From: Candidatus Microgenomates bacterium
Lineage (GTDB): Bacteria; Patescibacteriota; JACPGU01
Length of the DNA stretch: 64,000 bases
Reading direction: 5' to 3'
NCBI GenBank assembly: GCA_016188915.1
Contig: JACPGU010000002.1
Span: 85,287-149,286, forward strand
Within the stretch, counting starts at the first letter, position 1. Each line of letters opens with the position of its first letter. Position numbers and translations under genes: made by a program. This document shows positions 56,785 to 64,000 of this stretch, in pieces. The notes beneath the pieces are model-generated. The model saw nothing but the letters and a program-made list of their open reading frames with translations, did no database searches and was not told where the DNA came from.

Positions 56785-57918
56785 ATGAGCAAAAAAAATA
56801 AGATCTTGCTAGCTATTATCATAGGCAGTTTCGCAATCGCTATTATTTTGGTTTACTTTTTCAGCAATAATAAAAAAAATATTCCGACCGACAATACTGA
56901 CCAAAATTCAGATAAACAAAGCACTCTTTCCGTAGAAAAAATAGCCGACCAAATAATGCTTTTCCCCGCGATTTCACCGGACGGAGAAAAGCTTTTTTAT
57001 TTTTCCGATGCCAATTCTCAATTTTTTTCTTTTAACTTAAAAACTAAAGAAAGTATTGCTCTCAGTGAAAGACTGGAGATTTTGCCGGAACAAATCTGGT
57101 GGTCGCCTCAACGAGACAAGGTGATTGTGCGATTCACCTACAACAAGGCAGTAGCTGAAAAATTTGAGGGTCCTTTTGCCGATTTGAATATGGCCGACAA
57201 CGATAATGCTGTTTGGCTATATGATCTACTCAATAAAAAAGCCAGTCGCTTGAGTAGTAATATAGAGAATATTGCCTGGTCGCCAGACGGTTCAAAAATT
57301 ATTTATCATTATGTGGATTTTGAAAATAATTTTGACAATATTGCCATCGCTAATCCAGACGGTTCCTCCTGGCGCAAATTAGCCGATGTTTCTTATCCTC
57401 TCGGAGCAAAATTGGGATTTATCTCCAGCGAAAAAGTATTTTATTATCAATATACCGGTAGCGAAAAGGAGGAAATCGCCCCCACTCAAAAAACAGAAAT
57501 CATGATAGCCGATATAGAGACTAACAAGACAGAAAAAATACTAGATGCCGAAAGTGCTACCGGCATTGTTTTTCCCAATAACAATAATTCTTTAGCAATC
57601 TACGAAAGAATCAAAGACGATAGTTTTTCACTTGGTATTTTTGATTTAGAAAAAAAAGAAGTAAAAGACTTGGATTTTTATGCCGATTTGGACAGAATAA
57701 CAATCTTAAACAGCAAATTAATCGCTATTTCGATTGATAATGAAAAAAATATTATTCATTCCATTGATCTAAAAACCGGAGCCAAAAATCAAATCATGAC
57801 CAATAAGCCACTGCCTCTTTCTGTTGACGATTGGCTATTTGACCAAGAGCAAGGTATCGTTTACTTTACATCTGGTTATTATCCTTATAGAATAAATCTA
57901 ACCAAAGACAACCTTTAG
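56785..57918 (+). CDS. TolB-like beta-propeller (PD40 repeat) protein, membrane anchored
   Basis: 377 aa. N-terminal TM helix. Blades with ISPDGEKLFYFSD, WSPQRDKVIV and WSPDGSKIIYHYV. Confidence 0.5.
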   Translation: MSKKNKILLAIIIGSFAIAIILVYFFSNNKKNIPTDNTDQNSDKQSTLSVEKIADQIMLFPAISPDGEKLFYFSDANSQFFSFNLKTKESIALSERLEILPEQIWWSPQRDKVIVRFTYNKAVAEKFEGPFADLNMADNDNAVWLYDLLNKKASRLSSNIENIAWSPDGSKIIYHYVDFENNFDNIAIANPDGSSWRKLADVSYPLGAKLGFISSEKVFYYQYTGSEKEEIAPTQKTEIMIADIETNKTEKILDAESATGIVFPNNNNSLAIYERIKDDSFSLGIFDLEKKEVKDLDFYADLDRITILNSKLIAISIDNEKNIIHSIDLKTGAKNQIMTNKPLPLSVDDWLFDQEQGIVYFTSGYYPYRINLTKDNL

Positions 57919-57928
57919 GTTTTAAGCT

Positions 57929-60900
57929 ATGGCCGATCTCTCAAACCAAAACAAAAATCCTAAAAATTCTACCGGTCCTGATATCAAGGGCTATGTTCAG
58001 GGTGCCAAATCAGCCGCCAGTATGACTCGTGGCCAAGAAGGCAAATCTAAAGAACAGATAAAAAAAGAGCGTGAAGAGGTTGGCGGAGCAACCCTAAAAG
58101 GCATCGCTGATTATAGTACTGGCGGAAAAGGGTCGAGCATCATTAGTAAATTTGAGAATGCTCCCCTGATCGGCCGTTTGATCAAAAAAAGAGAAGCTGA
58201 GCTAGGGAAAAAAATAGAAAAGCCCTTGGCCACTGCCGGCAAAGCTACCGGTTTGTCTAAAAAAAGTCGTGGCGCCACCTCTGTCGCCGAGCCAGAAGAA
58301 AACGAGGAAGAATCTTTTGATGAAGAAGGGAGTCTAGAAGAAGAGGAGGATTCTCGCGCCAATCAAGCCCGCCAAACGGCTGCTACCGCTGCTAAACAAA
58401 AAGCAAAGCAAGCCGCCATTCGCGCCACTATGCCCTATTGGGGTGCGGCTTGTGTTGTTTTGGTGATTTCTTTTTTGGTTTTTATGATTGTCTTGGGACT
58501 GATTAACGCCTTTGTTAATCATGGCTCTGCTGGTAAAACAAAAGGGCAATTGCTATCCAAGGGCGATCCTTCTGACGAAGCCCTCAAGGATCAAGTAATG
58601 GCTAACGCTGGTGAAGACGCTGCCCTGTCTCGTTCTATCGCTAGTCAAACAGAGTCTGCGTTGGCATCAGTACAGGGAATACTAGATGTCGCCAAAGAAA
58701 AAAATCTACCCGCCGTCCAAGAAGAAGCGCAAACTTTGCAAGCCGAAATATTGGCCTTGGGCACCGGGAATTCTTCCGCAGATAAAGCCAATATTGAAAG
58801 GCTCCAAAAAAGAGTCTCTATTCTACTAGGAGATAAAGAAGACTTCAAAGAAGCGTCTGAAAAAGTCAAAACCACCAACCCTGGACAAAATAAAGACGCG
58901 GTAGGTGATATGGAAAAATTAAGTCGCGTCCGAGAGGAGATGACCAAAAGCCCCGAAAGCAAACAAGGCCTGATTTTATTAAAAACTCAATTGCAAAAAT
59001 TAGAAACTATTGTCGCTACTACCGTTTCTTCCAAGTTGGTTATTTCGGAAAAAGATAAATATTATATTCGCTCCTATCAGGTAGACCGTCGCGTGTTAAA
59101 GGCTTTAAATTATTTGGTAACACCAATTAATCAGGGTGGCGCCGGATTTCGCAAAATAAAAGTGGGGCGGATTAAAAGCTCTTACGATTCGGAGGGGAGA
59201 AAGTTTTCTAAAGAATGGGATTTTACCACTAGCGAAGATCGCTCTGTTAGTCCACATTTTTCTGGTCAAGCTTTTGATGTGACGGCCATTGATTATGTGG
59301 ATAGAAGACTTTACAAAAAAGGCATTGTTAGAAAAAAAATCAAAAAGCTTCCCAGCAAAGATATTCTAGTAGCTCTCCAGTCTAACAAATCTGGTAAAGG
59401 CATTGGCAATTCCCTGACTAGTAGTGGCGAAACTTTTGGTTTGCTGGCCGAGGATGCCTCTACTTCAGTACTGCTTGCCCAAATCAGCGAGATGACCGGC
59501 TATAATCTAGAGGGGCTAGACGTTGGCAGCGGAAGCTTTGCTGACCTTACTAAAAATATTGGCTTGGCCATTTTGGCCGAAGAGCTAGGTTCTTCCATGG
59601 ACTCTGATCAAAGCAATGGTTCTTTTGAGGATTTGCTGAAAAATGTCGGGGCCGAAGCTATCGCCGACTGCCTGGATCTGCCAAAAAGTTCTTTTGATGT
59701 TTACGGAATAGAAAATTTGGCAGTCGGCGATAGCCAACTGGCAGCCCTGGATTTTGCCGGCAAACCAGCCGCCACACTAGAAGAAAATATCGGTCGCGCC
59801 CTAACCGAGCAAAGGCTCAATCTCGCTCCTGGCTCTTTGATTGGCGCAAGCTCTGAAGAAATATTAAAGAACCTAGGCAAAAGAAAATTGGAGAAAAATC
59901 TAGGGCTACCTAATCTTTCTCTGGAAAATATTTCTAATAATACCGACGTTGTCGCCCACATCGGCCAGATTGTCATTGAGCAAAGAATAAATCTACCAAA
60001 AAATAGTCTGAGTAGCAACAATCTACCTGATATAAAAAGTGCTCTTGGAGAAAAATTATTCCGTAACGCCTTTGCCATTAATCCGGCCTCTACTGATACT
60101 ATTTTGGGGCTAGATCCCAAGGGAACGAGATTGACTTTTGACTCCAACGACCCAGAGCTAGGAACATTAAAACAGATGAATGGAAAATACATTGTCGCGC
60201 CATCGCAAAAATTAGCGTCTGGACAATATTCTGTTCTTGATTACAAAAAAATGGTTGGGGCCAGCCTTCTTCAGACAAAAATCGGCTCTTTTGCCACATA
60301 CCCTATAGCCACAACAAAAATACTGCCTTTCTCCGGTATTATTATGGTCCCCTCTAGCTTGCTAGGCTCACAAAAAGACGAGGCGATGGACATGCCCGAT
60401 GGTAGTATCAAAAAAATATTGGAAGAAAAATCGAACATAGAGTCGGCACTGTCCGATATCGGTCTGGACGAAATAATCAAAAGGCTCACCGATAATAGCA
60501 ACGAGCGCGATGTTTTGTACCAATGGCATTCTCTCAACAAAAATCTGTCATCAGAAAAAAGAGTTGAGCTAGACACTATTGGTTTCCGTCCGACCATAAA
60601 TACTCCCTTAAAGAAAGCGTCTATTAGCGCCCTAGACGATTCTTCCTCTATCTCTTTGAACGCTGACAGTCTCGGCAATACTTTTAATCTTGTCAGTCGC
60701 TACGGGCCAACAGAAACAAAAATAAATGATAAAAAAAATCTTTCCAAGGCGGAGATATCTTCTCTGGACATAAAAATAGGAGAAAAATTGGCCAAAGACG
60801 AGCTGGAAAAATACAAAGATGACTATGAAAACGAAACGACTGATTCTTTCTTCGCCTATATCACCGAAAGCTATTTTGATGAGTCTCTAGCTCTGCCAGA

Positions 60901-63900
60901 TAATGCCCTGGAAGATATTTTACTAAATAACAAAGCAGGGGAGGTTTTTGCTCAAATAGGCAACAATAAAACCACTGTAATCAAAGAAACAAATGGTCTT
61001 TTGGGCAAAGGCGTGGGAGTAGATGCTCAGCTTGACAGTCTTTATCAAAAAAGAGCGCGACTAGAAGAAGATTTAGACTTTTTCAAATCAAATGCCGAAT
61101 CGGCAACAACAGATAAAGAAGAAAAAGAATATGAAAAAGAGGCCGATGCTTCTAAAAAAGAGCTGAATAAAATCAATAGCCAAATTCGTCTTTTAGAATA
61201 TGAAAAAGAAAGCCTCTACCAGGAGACACAAAAACAAGCCAAAGACAAGGTCTCTTGCTCTAAAAAATCCATCAGCTCTATCATTAATAATCAAGACACA
61301 GGTAGCCTAGTGGAAAGTATCGCCAAAATCGGCGCTTCTGTTTTGGAGTCCGATTTGGAATTACCGGCAGGCTCTCTGTCCGGCGCGCTGACCACTATCC
61401 AGGCCTTTGGCACTAAGCCAAAACCAGAAGAAGTCTCGGCTATCCAATTGCAATCCATTGGCATTCGTTATCTGGAAGATAGCCTGGGCTTCAAAAAAAG
61501 AGTCTTTAACGAACCAAATGTTTTGGGTGTAGTGATTTTGGCTGGCGGATATGATAAATTTTTTGCCAAACTTTTCCCTGGCAGATCGGGCAATGAAATG
61601 GCCAAAAAACTACCAGTAGAAAGTAATCCGGCCTATTTCAAAGCAGCCGGCGAAGATCTAGACAAAAGACTCGGGATTGGACGGGGCGCAAGCTATGATT
61701 TCTTGACCACAAAGATAAACACGGCTGAGTTTACTGCTATGGTTGGACGAGCCTATTTGGATAGCACTTCGTCGGATAGCCTAAACGGCACTGTTAACAC
61801 CACCAATTTTGGTTCTGTCATTAACTCAGACAATATTATCTCTCTTTTGGCCGGTAACGCCAAAGACATTGGACTAAAAATTGGCGCTACCTATGTAGAA
61901 AGCGGACTGGAATTACCACCAGGCACTGTCACCGGCATTATCCATGGCGCCGATAGCTCTTGCCAAGACTTCAATGTCTCTTTGGGTTGCATAGAAAATA
62001 TTTTGGCTGCCGCCGGCAAAGACAAATTAGCAGGTTTTATGGGTGTCTATGAAGATATCTCGGCCAGCGACAATAGCAAAGAAAAGATAGCCCAAAATAA
62101 AATTGAGAGCGCTCTTGGCGGATCTTTGCCGGCTGGCTGGTTTGAAGGAGAAAGTCTTTTGGATATCAAAAATAATGTTACTAAAAAACAAAATTTAGAC
62201 GCTCGCTATGTGGACCAACAAATATTACAGGCCTTCGGTTTTGATACTAAAAATCCGAATTTTAATTTAAATGTTTTACGGCAAATAGATTTTTTACAAA
62301 ATACGGATTACTACAATGTCGCCATTAATGTAGACCGCAAACTGGGATTGTCTGAGGGTACCTCCGCTAAATTATTCCGAGATAATATCTCGGTCACCAA
62401 TTATAAAAAGGAAGTTTATTCTAATTATGCCGATGGCCGCATAGACGAGTTGGGCAAAAATCTTTTAGGGGAAGACGCGCAAAAAATAATGGAAAAGTTT
62501 GATCTTCGTCCAAGCGAACTCAAGGATCTCTTGAAAAATCCCGACGACCTCAAAAATAGAGCCATATTTAATGCTATTCCAGCGCGCGAGATGAGCCTTC
62601 TTTTTGGGCTAGGGCTGGGAGACAAATTACCCATACCGATAGAAGGCGAATTCACTGCCAATTTCGCCCAAAAACAAGTAGAAGAAACCCTAGGACTTAG
62701 CAATGGTTCTTTCTCTCCCGATCGTCCCATTAGCGAAGTAGCCAAAATCAATGGAGCAAAAAATTTCGCTCGTGCTTTCAGGATCACTATACCATCCGAC
62801 AAAAAAACCGATGCCGAGGTCTTACAATTTCTAAATAGTGACGTTTTCTCGGGCGGTGCCTATTGGCAATTGCCCACCACCGAGTTTTTGACTGGCAATA
62901 TTGATGCCGCGCTCAAACTAGACAAAGCAGGGAGGATGACCCAAAAGCTTTTGTCTGGCTCTTTGTCTATCGCCAATTATCTTGAGAGCGTTCGCCAAAA
63001 TCAATTCAAAAAATTAGACACTGACGGCTTTTTGGGATTTTTGGCCAGTAATAATATAGAAGAATTGGGCAGTATCCCTACCTATATTGCCACTGCCAAA
63101 ACAGCTCTTGATTTAATAAAAAACCCCGATGCTCTAAAAACACCGGGCACACAACTTCAGATTCTTTCCGCTTTGAAAAATTCTGCTGGCATTGACTTGG
63201 ACGACAAATGGGGGCTTTCTCCTGGCACTCTAGAAAATTTCATTGCTAACCCCAAAGAGGGCCGCGGCATTTTGATTTCCGAGGGAATTCGCATGTTGGG
63301 CGAAGAACAATTCTTGGACGACCCGAAGGCCCAAATAGCTTTGTCTCTCGCCTATAATTACTTGATTCCGAATAAACCAGGAGCGGTCGGAGATGCCCTG
63401 GGCCGCCTAATCAGTGAGACCAATCCCAATCAAAACAGTTGTGGCGTTATCCCGACACAGACCATTCAAGAAGATTTCAGCTTAGGACAAACTAGTGTCT
63501 GCCAGTTTAGTCTGATGAATACTTTGCAAAACAGAATAAACAAACTCACAGACGAGATGGTCCCGGGAGACAATAATGGGGTAAAAGTGCCCATCAACGA
63601 TCTGACTAATATTATCAATGGCGACATGCGCTCTCTTTCTGTCATCGGCATCGCCTTTACCGTCAATTCTGTCAATGCCACAAAAGACCCCAACGGGGAA
63701 AGCACAGGAATTATCCCGGCTGGCTTTCAGGTTAGTTACGAAGAAATCAAGGGTGCTATTTGGGGAGACACGGGCAAGAGGCAGGATGTTTCTAAAAAAA
63801 CATCGAATGATTATTTCGCCAACAATGCCTTCCTCTTGGCTAGCAATCCCGAGGCCTACCAAAAAGGCCTGGACGAAGCCATTAACGAAGCGCAAGACAA

Positions 63901-64000
63901 AGTAATCCCAGATGCTAGGCGCGACCTGCAATTCAAATATGTTGACGCTCAGGTGGCTGCTCTTTCCAGTAAGCTGGTGGGCAATGAGGTTGTTCCGCCT
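57929..64000 (+). CDS. giant protein (at least 2024 aa, 3' end outside window), single N-proximal TM segment
   Basis: Hand translation from the ATG at 57929 found no stop through nt 64000 (2024 codons); an in-frame TAA at 57923-25 lies just upstream. The track lists only short antisense ORFs across these 6 kb. The ORF is missing from the track presumably because there is no stop within the window. It starts 11 nt after the TolB-like gene. One TM helix at about aa 165-195 (MPYWGAACVVLVISFLVFMIVLGLINAF). The rest is hydrophilic with coiled-coil-like stretches. Confidence 0.6.
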   Translation, partial: MADLSNQNKNPKNSTGPDIKGYVQGAKSAASMTRGQEGKSKEQIKKEREEVGGATLKGIADYSTGGKGSSIISKFENAPLIGRLIKKREAELGKKIEKPLATAGKATGLSKKSRGATSVAEPEENEEESFDEEGSLEEEEDSRANQARQTAATAAKQKAKQAAIRATMPYWGAACVVLVISFLVFMIVLGLINAFVNHGSAGKTKGQLLSKGDPSDEALKDQVMANAGEDAALSRSIASQTESALASVQGILDVAKEKNLPAVQEEAQTLQAEILALGTGNSSADKANIERLQKRVSILLGDKEDFKEASEKVKTTNPGQNKDAVGDMEKLSRVREEMTKSPESKQGLILLKTQLQKLETIVATTVSSKLVISEKDKYYIRSYQVDRRVLKALNYLVTPINQGGAGFRKIKVGRIKSSYDSEGRKFSKEWDFTTSEDRSVSPHFSGQAFDVTAIDYVDRRLYKKGIVRKKIKKLPSKDILVALQSNKSGKGIGNSLTSSGETFGLLAEDASTSVLLAQISEMTGYNLEGLDVGSGSFADLTKNIGLAILAEELGSSMDSDQSNGSFEDLLKNVGAEAIADCLDLPKSSFDVYGIENLAVGDSQLAALDFAGKPAATLEENIGRALTEQRLNLAPGSLIGASSEEILKNLGKRKLEKNLGLPNLSLENISNNTDVVAHIGQIVIEQRINLPKNSLSSNNLPDIKSALGEKLFRNAFAINPASTDTILGLDPKGTRLTFDSNDPELGTLKQMNGKYIVAPSQKLASGQYSVLDYKKMVGASLLQTKIGSFATYPIATTKILPFSGIIMVPSSLLGSQKDEAMDMPDGSIKKILEEKSNIESALSDIGLDEIIKRLTDNSNERDVLYQWHSLNKNLSSEKRVELDTIGFRPTINTPLKKASISALDDSSSISLNADSLGNTFNLVSRYGPTETKINDKKNLSKAEISSLDIKIGEKLAKDELEKYKDDYENETTDSFFAYITESYFDESLALPDNALEDILLNNKAGEVFAQIGNNKTTVIKETNGLLGKGVGVDAQLDSLYQKRARLEEDLDFFKSNAESATTDKEEKEYEKEADASKKELNKINSQIRLLEYEKESLYQETQKQAKDKVSCSKKSISSIINNQDTGSLVESIAKIGASVLESDLELPAGSLSGALTTIQAFGTKPKPEEVSAIQLQSIGIRYLEDSLGFKKRVFNEPNVLGVVILAGGYDKFFAKLFPGRSGNEMAKKLPVESNPAYFKAAGEDLDKRLGIGRGASYDFLTTKINTAEFTAMVGRAYLDSTSSDSLNGTVNTTNFGSVINSDNIISLLAGNAKDIGLKIGATYVESGLELPPGTVTGIIHGADSSCQDFNVSLGCIENILAAAGKDKLAGFMGVYEDISASDNSKEKIAQNKIESALGGSLPAGWFEGESLLDIKNNVTKKQNLDARYVDQQILQAFGFDTKNPNFNLNVLRQIDFLQNTDYYNVAINVDRKLGLSEGTSAKLFRDNISVTNYKKEVYSNYADGRIDELGKNLLGEDAQKIMEKFDLRPSELKDLLKNPDDLKNRAIFNAIPAREMSLLFGLGLGDKLPIPIEGEFTANFAQKQVEETLGLSNGSFSPDRPISEVAKINGAKNFARAFRITIPSDKKTDAEVLQFLNSDVFSGGAYWQLPTTEFLTGNIDAALKLDKAGRMTQKLLSGSLSIANYLESVRQNQFKKLDTDGFLGFLASNNIEELGSIPTYIATAKTALDLIKNPDALKTPGTQLQILSALKNSAGIDLDDKWGLSPGTLENFIANPKEGRGILISEGIRMLGEEQFLDDPKAQIALSLAYNYLIPNKPGAVGDALGRLISETNPNQNSCGVIPTQTIQEDFSLGQTSVCQFSLMNTLQNRINKLTDEMVPGDNNGVKVPINDLTNIINGDMRSLSVIGIAFTVNSVNATKDPNGESTGIIPAGFQVSYEEIKGAIWGDTGKRQDVSKKTSNDYFANNAFLLASNPEAYQKGLDEAINEAQDKVIPDARRDLQFKYVDAQVAALSSKLVGNEVVPP

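Noticed and set aside
58111-63931. Eight minus-strand ORFs (60-163 aa) listed in the track
   Set aside because: All lie antisense within the continuous plus-strand giant ORF. They are compositionally odd, Ser/Leu/Pro-rich as is typical of shadow ORFs. No motifs.

Overview
This 64-kb window comes from a low-GC bacterium with compact, mostly overlapping genes on the standard genetic code. The gene content suggests a reduced, Patescibacteria/CPR-like or Gram-positive-type genome; this is inference only. Content in order:
- 1-2.1 kb: housekeeping genes (yqeY-like, ybeY, VanW-domain protein).
- 2.1-11.9 kb: a tightly packed surface-glycan locus with four GT1 glycosyltransferases, three Wzy/O-antigen-ligase-like membrane proteins and a Wzx flippase.
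- 11.9-16.6 kb: a 29-aa lysine-rich micro-ORF, a ZIP transporter, truB, uppP, a Cys-cluster mini membrane peptide, a VIT-family transporter and a membrane-anchored class III nucleotidyl cyclase.
- 16.7-20.6 kb: tRNA-Asn, then rpoD and dnaG in MMS-operon order, then a peroxiredoxin.
- 20.6 to about 31.3 kb: tRNA-Ser(GGA) followed by an accessory, probably integrated island. It starts with a large serine recombinase whose 3' end runs antisense through the whole tRNA. It also carries a second small serine recombinase, a Schlafen/AlbA_2-domain protein, an operon of a membrane-anchored secreted thermonuclease, a Zn-ribbon protein and yidD, a stand-alone RarA/MgsA C-terminal-domain protein divergent from a 482-aa HEPN-like protein, and several unknowns.
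- 31.3-32.0 kb: a 0.7-kb ORF-free, GC-richer, hairpin-dense segment that is a candidate large structured ncRNA.
- 32.0-43.0 kb: core genes pyk, recX, tsaD, a FemAB-like gene, holA, polA and a Mur ligase. A family of short heptamer-repeat/palindromic elements is inserted in-frame in tsaD (three times) and polA (once), plus one intergenic copy.
- 43.1-50.9 kb: a minimal type-IV-secretion-like operon with a VirB4/TraC-type ATPase, a PrgI/VirB3-like protein and a 1123-aa VirB6/TrbL-like polytopic protein.
- 51.0-57.9 kb: a GGDEF cyclase, an SLT lytic transglycosylase with a peptidase-like C-terminus (possible VirB1 equivalent), and two TolB-like beta-propeller proteins.
- 57.9-64.0 kb: a giant open reading frame of at least 2024 codons that runs off the window and is absent from the ORF track.

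No CRISPR array, rRNA or transposase was seen.
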